A DNA stretch of 64,000 nt from Ranitomeya imitator. Lineage: Eukaryota. How positions within the stretch are numbered: the first letter of the stretch is position 1; each line of letters begins with the position of its first letter. The position numbers were made by a program, and so were the translations under genes. Shown piece after piece: positions 37,442 to 49,192 of the stretch. The notes beneath the pieces were generated by a model. That model searched no databases. It was not told the DNA's origin and saw only the letters and a list, made by a program, of their open reading frames with translations. Where the stretch lies: positions 695,516,001 through 695,580,000 of the forward strand of contig NC_091282.1 in the NCBI RefSeq assembly GCF_032444005.1, given 5' to 3'.

Positions 37442-38796
37442 GGCCGGCATCACACTAGGCGTAAGTAAATACGGTCCGTTTTTTTACGGCTGTAATACGC
37501 AGTAATTGTCCCAAAACACTGATCTGTATTCAATGCGAGGATGCAATTTTTACACACAAATTTATCCGTGTGTCATCCGTATGACGTTTCCGCCCCCCCC
37601 CCCCCCTCGCACTATATAGCAGAGCTCACATAGTATATAACACAGAGATGTATGTAACACAGCCCATGTAGTATGGCAGCTTTCTGGAGACTGTCCCTGG
37701 CCCGTCCATCCATGAGAGTAGCAGATGTACGGCCGGTGGTGAGAGCGGCGGAGGCGCCATCTCCAGCAGTGCAGGAGCAGCACACGGCCCGCGCATAACA
37801 ATAACAGGACACGTGTGTAGTTGACGGAGGGGCCGAGGGCCCGGCCGGGAGTGTGGCTCACACGGGGCGCCCTACAGAACTCCACAGTGCCGGCACATGG
37901 GCTGGCTCCGAAGAGCTGTTCACGTGCGGGGTGATAGTCCGCCCTTCTTGTAGTCCGGCACAGAGGCTGTTGCTGGCGCAGGACATAGTGGCTGCTCCCG
38001 GTAGTGTGCGGAGCCTCGGGCACAGGTCAGATGATGGCGGCTGCTGTGATCTCCCCGTTGTATTTCCATGTCCCGCATTGTGAGCGCTCGCTGCTTCCTC
38101 CCCATTATAACCTGGTGCACCATGTGCGGGTCATGTGTCAGCAGGGGGCACTGACAGGAGGGGAGTAGGGAGGGGCCAATTCGTGCCACTTGTTAGCCGT
38201 GACTGGAGGGGATTAAGGAGCGGGCGCCGGGCACTGACTGCAGGGGAGTAGGGAGGGACTAATCGGACTGTGCCCGTTGCCGATTGGTCGCTGCAGCCAT
38301 GACAGGCAGCTGGCGAGATCAATCAGCAACGCAGGATTTCCGTTACGGAAGTTGAGGACAGAAATACGGAAGTACCCCTTAGACATATATATCTATATAT
38401 ATATATTTTATATAATCTCTATTCTATGTGTACACATTTCTTCTACCTATTCTATTGTAAGCTGTCAGTGTGATTTTACTGTACACCGCACTGAATTGCC
38501 AGCTTTTCTATAGAACACCGCTGCGTATTTCTTGCAAGTCACATGCATAGTCCGTGTGTAATCCGTAATATTCTCGCCCCCATAGACTTTCATTGGCGTA
38601 TTTTTTGCGCAATACGCTGACAAACGCAGCATGCTGCGATTTTCTACGCCCGTAACATACTGTATATTACGGATGCGTAATATACGGCAGATAGGAGCTG
38701 CCCCATAGAGGATCATTGGGCCGTGTGCAATGCGTATTTTCTTGACGTATTTTCTGCGCTCATACGTCCGTAAGACTCGCTAGTGTGATGCCGGCC
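37442..38796. mobile_element. 1.35-kb non-autonomous Harbinger-type element with a GC-rich interior
   Basis: TTA|GGCCGGCATCACACTAG...CTAGTGTGATGCCGGCC|TTA. Confidence 0.88.
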
Positions 38797-38812
38797 TTAG
38801 AGTTCATGCACG

Positions 38813-40088
38813 CAGGGCTGTGGAGTCGGAGTCATGGAGTCAGAGTCCATTTTCATGGAGTCAGTCATGGAAATTGAGGAGTTGGAGGTTTGGCTAAGGC
38901 TACTTTCACTCTTGAGGTTTTTTTTTAATCCGCCATAATCTGTCGTTTTGGGCAAAAAACGGATCCTGCAAATGTGCCCGCAGGATGCGTTTTTTGCCCA
39001 TTGACTTGTATTGCCAACGGATCGCATCCATTGTGCACTGGATGCGTCTTGTTTTGGTGGACTGTTGGCACGAAAAAAAACGTTCAAGGTAACGTTTTTT
39101 CGTATGTCGCGTCCGCCAATTTATACGGCGCATGCGCGGCCAGAACTCCGCCCCCTCCTCCCCAGACTTTAGAATGGGCAGCAGATGCGTTGAAAGAATG
39201 CATCCGCTGCCCACGTCGTGCATAATTTTCACAACGTGCGTTGGGCCGACACTTAGCGACGGACCCGTACTGACACAAGTGTGAAAGAAGCCTTAGGCCT
39301 CTTTCACATTTTCCTCTTTCAGCATCCGTCACAATCCGTTGATTTTTGAGAATGCAGGATTCTGCATCTTCCCATAGACTTGTATTTGCGACGGATGGCC
39401 ATCCGTCCTGCACTGGATCCTGCGTAAAAAAACGTTCAGAGGAATGTTTTTTTCTGCACGTCAGAAAATCGGTCAGCAACGCATCCTGCGCTGCTCGTCA
39501 CTGCGCGGGAATGCCGGTAGGTGAGAATACTGCGGTTTTGTGTTGTGTATGCGTTTTTGCAGTGGAAAACTGCTGTGAAGACGCATACACAACAGGTGCA
39601 CATAGCGTCGACGGGTCCGTCAGAAAGATGGGCCCAGTGCACACGTTTTCCACAATCTGCACAGGATCCGTCATTTTAACGTCTTGACGGATCCTGTGCA
39701 GATTTGTAAGATCGAAGTGTGAAAGAAGCCTTAGTCTAGGTTCAGATTGCATTAGGGCAATCCGTTTAGCGCTAAGCGGTAGCAAATTGCGCTAACGCAA
39801 TGTCTTTTTCGGGGTCGCGTTTAACGTCCGCGCTCTCGCAGATCCCCGATCTGCGAGAGCGGGGAACGGACCTCTCGCAGCAAGCAGTGTCCGAGGCGCG
39901 TCACAAAACACCGGCACATCGCTAGCGCGTGCCGAAAATGGCACGCGCTAGCGATGCGCGTTCCCATTGCTGCCAATGGGTGCGCTAACGGACGCGTTGC
40001 ACGGTGTTAATTTCGTCGTGCAACACTGTTCGTTAGCGCGGTCCCATTAACGCAATGTGAACCTAGCCTTACTGACTCCACAGCCCTG
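38813..40088. mobile_element. ~100-bp hAT-type MITE (CAGGGCTGTGGAGTC) containing three stacked Harbinger MITEs (38898-39292, 39296-39730, 39734-40068)
   Basis: Outer TIRs CAGGGCTGTGGAGTC / GACTCCACAGCCCTG; the inner elements are separated only by single TAA/TTA triplets. Confidence 0.88.
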
Positions 40089-41410
40089 CAGGCATGGGTG
40101 AATCCGACCAAAGGACACTGTCCAGGAAAAGAAAACTATGAACGCTTTCTTGCCAAACAGTGCCACACCTGTCCACAGGTTGCATGTGGTATTGTAGCTC
40201 AGCCTCATTAACGTGGCATCATTCATGGAAGAATACAGTGCATTTTATGTTAATTAAAAAAAAAAAAGTTTTGCCATAAAGGCTCTCGAAATGTCTATGT
40301 ATGTAGAATAGGTTGTCCGTTAGCAACATATTTACGCCATTTGTTTACTTGAAAACGTCAGAATGTTTCTTCAACTTTTGGCTTTGTCGTAGTAAAAGGC
40401 TAAACTCCTACAATGAGTTTTTTTCATGTTGCAGATTTTCAAAAACGCATTGTGGGAACATAGCCCAATAATATGCCATCATGCATGCATGCACAGTACG
40501 TACACGGCAAAAATATTGGCGGTGGGACAAGTCGTAATTCAGTGTTTCTAACGACACGGACCCTTTATATCATTTTTGGTGCTGCACATTGACACGATAC
40601 CCGATGACATAATACACAGTTATGGGAAGCCATAAAGTAATAATAACGCAATAAACAAACCTTTGGGAGCTCCAGTGTCATCCTCAGTACTTATTCTGCT
40701 GGCACTTTGGCTGTTTGGGCGCCCTCCTGCCCCGTGAGCTGCAGGCACCGGACCAGCTGCCCCTGTCAACTGCACTGTGCAAACTCCACACAAGCTGAAA
40801 CAATTTAGGACAACAGAGTAAATAGCAAATCCCTTTAAAAAAAATAAAAAATGTTTTAAAATAATACAACAAAAAACATAAAATCTATGACCAGGCAGCC
40901 AAAGGGGCGCACAACTGTGGCCCAGACCCTGAGCGACTTCTAGCAGAGATCTCAGCAGCCAATAACTCCCAGTCCATAAAAAAAAATTGTTTTCTAACTT
41001 TGTGTAACTCCATAGTCGTCACTTCCTCGTATTCGGTGCTCGCCTTCCCCCTCCTCCTGTGCTAAAATGAAAGCACAGGAATCTGCGTGCTGCAGGCATT
41101 GCCCTGACTTGCAGACACTGTAACAGGAGAGGATGGCCCTTCTGTCACCGCTGCAGGCAGGCGAATACGCTTGTAGGAAGGGCGGACAGGTTATTGCGAA
41201 GTTTGGTTTAAAAGTAAAAAGTTAGATGAACTTAAAAATAAATAAACTTACAGGAAGCTGTGCAAGTACATTATAAGGGCCACTTGCCTTCCAATGGGAG
41301 TATCATGCAATAGGGGCATGTTCACACATATAGGTTGTCTGCAGAAAACCTATATGTATCCATAGAGGAATCCGCAGAGGTAAATCGGCGCCACAAAACT
41401 GAGAATTTAA

Positions 41411-41793
41411 GGCTATGTGCACACGTTGCGGATTAGGCTTAGGAATTTCAGGTGCGGATTCTGCCTCTCCTGGCAGAAAACGCACCTGCGGATTTGTCGC
41501 GTTTTATGTGTGGTTCCGCAGCGTTTTTTTGTGTGTTTTTGCAGCGTTTTTTACCCCTGCGGTTTTCTATAATGGAATGGGTACAAAAACGCTGCAGATT
41601 CACAAAAAAGTAGTGACATGCTACTTCATTTAAACCGCAGTGTTTCCGCAGCGGATTTTCCGCAAAGTGTGCACAGCATTTTTTTCTGTCATTGATTTAC
41701 ATTGTACTGTAAATCACTTGCGGATCTTCAGCGTTTCTGCACTGCAAAAAACGCTGCGGATCCGCAGGAAATTGTCAACGTGTGCAGATACCC
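41411..41793. mobile_element. Harbinger-type MITE (GGCTATGTGCACACGTTGCGG family); relatives at 44771-45107 and ~52315-52655
   Basis: TAA TSD; TIRs GGCTATGTGCACACGTTG / CAACGTGTGCAGATACCC. Confidence 0.8.
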
Positions 41794-42510
41794 TAAGGGG
41801 ATATTCACAAGCACTAGATCAGCTGTAGTTTTCCCAAGCATTTTAATGCCACTTGTATAAATTCAGTTTGTTGCTGACCCAGTTCTCCCCCCCAGAAATA
41901 ATATAAAAAAATCTGATTAGTTAAAATAAATGAAAGTTACAAAATTGTCATCATCCTATCGTCGAACAAATATGATCTTACCTTTATGTTCACAGGGAAG
42001 GGGGGGTTGGGTGTTTTTATACTGTATATTGCAGATTTCCTATCCAAATTTTCCTGGCAGAAAATTAGCAGAGTATTACAGCTTCAGGAAAGTGGATGTC
42101 ATTCTAAAGCGGGTCTTTCACTGGATTTTTTAACGTAATACCGCCTCAAATTGTCACTGCTCCACTGCTTATTGAACAGTTTTTATTTTTATTCCGTGGA
42201 GCTCCATTCCTAAAGTTATGTCCCCCCAGTAATTATGGTTCAAGTTTTTTTTTTTTTTTTTCTTTCAACCAAGTGGGCGTGTACCAAAGATCTCCTTTGT
42301 GACCATTTGCTTTTTCTCCTCTGAGGCTACAGGCTAATCAAAACATGGTCGCACCCACAAAGAGGTTCTGTGGTATACACCCAGTCGGCTGAAGGGAAAA
42401 AGTGCACCATTATTTTGGGGTTGAGGTGGGTACATAACTTTGGAACAGATAGTACTCTGCTTATAAAAAAATAAATAAAATAAAATAAAAAAAAATTAAA
42501 ATCCTGTTAG

Positions 42511-42748
42511 ATCAAATAGTTGACATCCAGCGCCTCTTTGGACGAAGGATCCCAGGAAATCCAAGGTTTCTTAAAACATCTATTTATTTCTTCATATTAA
42601 AAACGGGTAATAAAAAGGGTCAGTGAGTGTATCCAAACTGCCTGACCTTTTTTGTTACCCATTTTTAAAATGAAGAAAGATGTTTTAAGAAACCTTGGAT
42701 TTCCTGGGATGATTCGTCCAAAGAGGCGCTGGATGTCAACTATTTGAT
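42511..42748. repeat. Fold-back hairpin, probable Penelope-like remnant
   Basis: ATCAAATAGTTGACATCCAGCGCCTCTTTGGACGAA and its exact reverse complement ending at 42748; no TIR/TSD signature. Confidence 0.55.
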
Positions 42749-43708
42749 GCACATCAACCTTCACCCAGTGGATCCGTGCAGCCAGGAGGACATATTAACC
42801 AGAGGAGGAGGTGAGCTGACAATCTAACCCTTCTATATAATTTCAAAACACTGTTTTTCAGTGATTACTTTGTATCTCCGTTCATGCTGTACCCACACAC
42901 AAATTATACACCATTTGAAAGGTAAACTGCTGAAGCCTGTGACTGTCTGCAGTGGTCAGGGACTGGAAAGGCATGTCAGCGGATGTTTCTCTGTATGTTG
43001 CTGTAAGGGGTGATTATTTGTACACTATAGGGACCAAGAGAAGGAACCATCCAACCTGAGGCCGATAAGAATAAAATCTTGGATATTCTTGGTCCAGGTC
43101 TACACTGAGGGCACCTGTGCGGACGCCATGCCACGGTTATTGCCCTGAGGTGTCCTGTAATTGCTGTGCACCTCCAATGTGGAGCTCCATTGTAATAGTG
43201 CCTTCTTCCACCCATGGTGAGACTTGCTGCACAATTACTACTTACAAATTACGTATAGACAGACGGCACAGATTTCAATCAGTCAATGCCAGTCCATGGT
43301 GGTCCGATTGTGACCATGATGTCTGTACACAGAGCACCTTCCATCGGGTCTGCCTTACAAGTTTCTTTCCCCTTGCATTTTTGTTGCTGTTCACAGGCTT
43401 GCATTATAAGCAGTGCACAAGCCCACGCCAACCTCCCACTTCTTTTCCGAGGATGTTACTGCAAGCTGCTCTATACTTTCCCCTTTATTAAGTTCTCAAA
43501 TACAAGAGCTGCAATGGAGGGGCTGAGAACTCCACAAGAAAATCTGCTGCCTGCAGCCACTAGGGGGAGCAGTGACCAATAACTATACACTTTTAGGGGC
43601 TCTATAGCTTTATGTTATGGTCATAAAAACTAATGCAAAAATATATACATGATATATTCTTGTCAGTGGGACTGAAAGAAAAACAGTTTAACTTTCTCCA
43701 GAAGTTAA

Positions 43709-44485
43709 AGGGAACCTGTCACCCCGTTTTTTTCAGATTGAGATAAAAATACTGTTAAATAGGGCCTGCGCTGTGCGTTACAATAGTGTTTGTAGTGTAC
43801 CCTGATTCCCCACCTATGCTGCGAAATACATTACCAAAGTCGCCGTTTTCGCCTGTCAATCAGGCTGGTCAGGTCAGGTGGGCGTGGTGACATCGCTGTT
43901 TCTTCCCCAGCTTTCCGTTGGTGGCGTAGTGGTGTGCACATGTCCAAGTGCCGAATCCACTGCGCGCAGGTGAAGAAAAAGCGTGCGATCTGCGCTATTA
44001 CCCTTGTCATCGGTGGGGGCGGCCATCTTCCTGAGGCCGAGATGCAAACTCGGCTTTGGGAAAATGGCCGCCGCGATCTCCATCTGCGCACGCGCGGCAT
44101 CCCGCGGCCATTTTCCTGAAGCCCCGTGCAGCAGAGCACTCCATATGCGCACGCGCGGCCTCAGGAAGATGGCCGCCCCCACCGATGACAAGGGTAATAG
44201 CGCAGATCGCGCGCTTTTTCTTCACCTGCGCCCAGTGGATTCAGCACTTGGACATGCGCACACAACTACGCCACCAACGGAAAGCTGGGGAAGAAACCGC
44301 GATGTCACCACGCCCACCTGACCTGACCAGCCTGGTTGACAGGCGAAAACGGCGACTTTGGTAATGTATTTCGCAGCATAGGTGGGGAATCAGGGTACAC
44401 TACATACACTATTGTAACGCACAGCGCAGGCCCTATTTAACAGTATTTTTATCTCAATCTGAAAAAACGGGGTGACAGGTTCCCT
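43709..44485. mobile_element. 777-bp near-perfect palindromic Kolobok/T2-type MITE
   Basis: TTAA|AGGGAACCTGTCACCCCG...CGGGGTGACAGGTTCCCT|TTAA; arms pair almost to the centre (~44097). Confidence 0.92.
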
Positions 44486-47400
44486 TTAAGTGGAGCGGAT
44501 GTCGATCATGCACACCTCTTCTATATTCACTACAGGGCACTGCAGAGCCCCATTCTCAGGATCGCTGGTGGTCCCAGGAGTGTAACCCCTCTAACCCCAA
44601 TCACTATACTTATGTGGAATAGGGTTGGCACAAGGTAACCCATTTATTGTGAATTCTATGTTTACATTTTTTGGGCATTCTGTTCAAGTCTATTTTAAAA
44701 AGATCCAGCGAAAAAAAAGAAATAGACTTCCATTAGAATTAATGAAATAAATAAAAACACAACAGTATAAGGCTATGTGCACACGTTGCGGATTGGGGTG
44801 TGGATTTTTCCACACTGTCTTTGCAAAATCTGCAGGTAAGACGCACTGTGAACTACCTGGAGCTGGAGATTTACCGCGGATTCCTATTATGGAGCAGATG
44901 TAAACCGCTGTGGAATCCGCATAAAGAATTGACATGCTGTAGAAAATACACCGCTGCGTTTCCACTTTTTTTTTTTTTTTTCTGAAGCATGGGCACTGCG
45001 GATTTTGTTTTTCCATAGGCTTGCTTGGTACTGTACAATGCATGGAAAACAGCTGCCGATCCGCAACATCGGGTCCGCAGCAAAATCCACAACATGTGCA
45101 CATACCCTAAGGCCACAGTCAATGCAGATGCATTTTTTGCACTTGTATAGCGGCCAGTTAACAGAAAACTTGCCTTCCAATGGTAAAAGGCGACATTCCC
45201 ACGATGAGTTTTTTTGATGTTGCAGATTTTCTGCACCTATTAAAGTTAAATGGGTTACTGGCACTTTTTTTTTTAAATATTCAGCGTGCAAAAAAAAAAA
45301 AACCCTTCACCAAAAACTAATTGAGGGAATGTAGCTTAATACCGATGCTAAAATAGGATTGTTGTCTAAACTTTTCTTTTTGTTTTCCTTTAATTTGTAT
45401 TGCAGCGTTACCTGACCACTTGTAGCACAAATCTAATGATCGTCATCACTGTAGACCTAAACATTAGGAGACGTTTTCAGCGTCCACACTGCACATAACT
45501 AGTTTTTTTTATATAGTTACAAATGGCTGCACTTATTGTGAATACAAACAAGTTTGGAGCTAAATACCTTCCGGAGCGATCTTACATCTTCTGAGTATCA
45601 GACGACTGATCGCTGACTACTAACCGCGCCCTTGGGCCACATATACTCGTATAGACCCTAATTAGGGCACAAAGGTGGAATTATTCTTCAGGGTTGCGTT
45701 CACACAGGGCATGTTTATTGCACATTTTAGCACAATGTGCATTTAACACTTTTTTTTCCTATTGATTTTTGGTGCAGGTATTTGCTCCTGTACAAGTGAC
45801 TGATCATTTTTACATTTCCTTTCGCATTTTGCAGGAAGGAAAAATCTAAAAATTCTCAGCACATCCACCATGAATATAGTGGAAAAATTCAGCATGAATC
45901 CTGAGAATCGCAAGCATTTAGCTGCCCACATAATAACCTCAGTGACTGATAACCCACAGAATAAGGCCGCCATCACACTAGCAGTATTTGGTCAGTATTT
46001 TACCTCAGTATTTGTAGCCAAAACCAGGACTGGAACAATTAGAGGAAAAGTATATTAGAAACATACGCACCACTTCTGTATTTATCACCCACTCCTGGTT
46101 TTGGCTGACAAATACTGAGGTAAAATACTGACCAAATACTGCTAGTGTGACAGCAGCCTAGGTGGCAGGGACTCTCCAAGCGTCCCAATGAGAGCGCTTT
46201 TCTCTAGGCTGCCGCCACTCAGTTCCTCTTCCCATAGTTGCTGTTGTGACTTAGGTCCGTGACACTCACCACCCTTTGATAGATTGTGACAGTTATGTAA
46301 ATATGTAGATAGACCTCCATAAGGGTATGTGCCCGCGATCAGTAATCGCTGCGTATTTGACCCTGTGTACTTATTCAGCGTCCAGATGTTACAGCATAGT
46401 GGATGGGATTTCTAGAAATCCAGGATTTATCTTTCTAGCACCAATGCTCCCTTGATCCCCTCCCGCTCTTTGCTTACTGTTCCGCAGACCCAAGTAATAG
46501 TTTCAGCCAATCACAGGCTTCAGTGGTTGCGTGCCGCGCTTACCCGGGGCCAGTGATTGGCTGCAGCAGTCATATTTAAAGACATGATGTTATAACTGCA
46601 GGAAAGTAACCACAAAATTTGAAAGGACCTCTGGAGTGGGATCGCTTAATTTGACAGGCGGGTGATTTTCTGCCTATTTTTTTGGTCCGTGGGGCGAACC
46701 CTTTAAGAACGTATTTCCCAATGATAGAAATGCAGAGTCTTTGTTAGAGAAGTTGTATTCAAGAAAAAAAAAATAAAAACAAAACCCTCCTCTATTATAT
46801 AACTACGTTAACAGGTAATTTTCTTTTTCATAATGAAATATTAGAAAAGCCCGCAGGAGCTCGCTCCTCAATGGTCAGGGCATAACGGCGGTTTCTATGG
46901 TGAATTTTGAGGTGTCACAAGGAACAGTGGGATTTTCTTTTATTAATTTAGTCAAGGGAAAAATCTAATCAGCTCTGCCAGTGTTTCTGCACGGGAAATT
47001 TGTTAGCAAAATTGCAGGTTTCTTCAGCTGTTAATAAGAAATGAATATACGGTACTTTCCATGAGATGCTGCTAAACCCTGCACTGATTCTGGGGAGGTT
47101 CAGATTGGGGAAAATAGAGCCTTCATTAGTGTCTTCTGTAATTTGGATGAGGCTCGCCTATTCGAGTATATGGGTGCGCAAAAAAATCTATAATTGTGTA
47201 AGGATGAAGCGTATAGCATCGGATATTAATAATATAGGAAAGTGTACCTGGGCTTGGAATGTTAATAAGGGCTCGCTCAGACGGGCGTATGACTCGGGCA
47301 AGTGCACTGCACCAGTCTATGGGCTTATTCACACTTCCAATTTTCTCGCAAAAAAAAAAACCGGACCGATTTATTTTGATCGGAGTGCCGAATGTCAGCA

Positions 47401-48071
47401 GTTTTTCTCGTACATAGAGGAGAAAAAAAGTTTTCTCCACTTTTACCATTATGTCAGTCTGTGAAAATCGGACGGCACTTGGGTGTCATCTGAGTGCGAG
47501 CTTTTTAATGGGCCCATAGACTTACATTGCCAATTTTGATCCGACAGTCAGATCAAAAGCTGACGTCTCTGATTTACCCCCCCCCCCCAGGCCACTTGGT
47601 CTGAGTTAAAAAAAAAAAATAAATCGGACCTGTGCACAGCCACATAGAATAGCAAAGGTACGAGTGCTATCCGTGACAGCCACAGATAGCACTCGTCCGA
47701 GAATATCAGTTGTGTCCACGAGCTCTGATAGCGACAGAAATGCCACGTTCTGCAGATCACTAAGGTTCGGACCCCCAACATCTAGGTTTTATCACCTGAC
47801 TACTGGATAGTTGATAACTTCTTCTTATTGGAACGCACCTTCAGAATCTGTCAGTAAAGAAAAAAAATTACAGCATGCTGCGATTTCTGAAACTGGATGC
47901 CACTCGCCCACTCAAGTCTGAGTGCGTGGAAAACATCGGGCTGCAATTGGATGACATCACAGTGCAGTCCTATTTCCGCTCACTGACACAATGGAAAAGA
48001 TGGAGAAATTTTGTTCTGAGAGAATCGGATCACGCCATGCTCGCACTCAGATCAGATTGTCATTAGCATAA

Positions 48072-48619
48072 GGCCGGAGTCACACATGCGAGAAACACGT
48101 CCGTGTCTCGCATGTGAAATCCAAGCTCTGGTGCCGGCACTCCAGAGCGGAGCGTGCGGCTCCATGTGTTGCTATGCGGCCGCACGCTCCGCTCCACAGT
48201 GCCGGCGCCAGAGCTTGGATTTCACATGCGAGACACGGACGTGTTTCTCGCATGTGTGATCCTGGCCTTAGGCTAGGTTCCCATCGCGTTAATGGGACCG
48301 CGCTAACTGACCGAGTTGCACGGCGAAATTAACGCCGTGCAACGCGTCCGTTAGCGCGCCCATTAACAGCAATGGGGACGCGCATCACTAGCTTGTGCCA
48401 TTTTCGGCACGTGCTAGCGATGTGCCGGTGTTTTGTGGCGCGCCGCGGACATTGCTTGCAGCGTCCGAGGCGCGCCCGCGGTCCGTTCCCCGCTCTCGCA
48501 GATCGGAGATCTGCGAGAGCGGGGACGTTTAACGCGACCCCTTTATATCACATTGCGTTAGCGCAATCCGCTAGCGCTAGGCGCTAAACGGATTGCACTA
48601 ACGCAATCTGAACCTAGCC
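48072..48619. mobile_element. Two stacked Harbinger-type MITEs (48072-48267, 48271-48619)
   Basis: TAA|GGCCGGAGTCACAC...GGCC|TTA|GGCTAGGTTC...GAACCTAGCC|TTA. The second is the 39734-40068 family in the opposite orientation. Confidence 0.88.
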
Positions 48620-49192
48620 TTACTGACCAGATTCTATCAGATGAGAGACAATACAATGGTGTGACTCTGGCATCAAGGTTTCAATCACACCACATGGTCA
48701 TTGGGAAATTTGGGCAAAAAGCAGATTTGGCAGGTTCCATGTGCCCGAAAAAATCCATGTAAAATATAAATTTAAAAAAATCCTTGCGTGAACAGACCTA
48801 ATCACACAGCATTTTTTGGTCTTCATTTTTATCTGAAATCCAAATATGAAAAAAATATATATATATTTTTGTTCAGAGAGCAATTTTCTACTTTTGAATC
48901 AGCAGTAAAATTTGGAGTGAATTTTTTTTTCATTTTGTACCACACAGAAAAACGTCTCAAGAACTGATATGATGTTTTCATGTGGAAAAAACCCAGTGCT
49001 ATAAGCCATGATGCGGGCTCTGTTCACATGTTCAGGCTTTCCAGCTTCTTTTAACCACTTCAGGTCTCCAAAAGACGACGAGTACTTAAAAGAAGTGACC
49101 CGACCCTTCTCCAGGTGTCTTCTGCTCTGAAGCCGCTCAATACTTTACAAGTCGTGGGATGGCTGCAAAAGTACCGTACCTTGGTGCTTTTT

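Noticed and set aside
37562-38189. GC-rich ORFs or a CpG-island promoter
   Set aside because: Inside a TIR- and TTA-bounded non-autonomous Harbinger element.
43831-44364. Mirror-image ORFs on both strands
   Set aside because: A direct consequence of the 777-bp palindrome.
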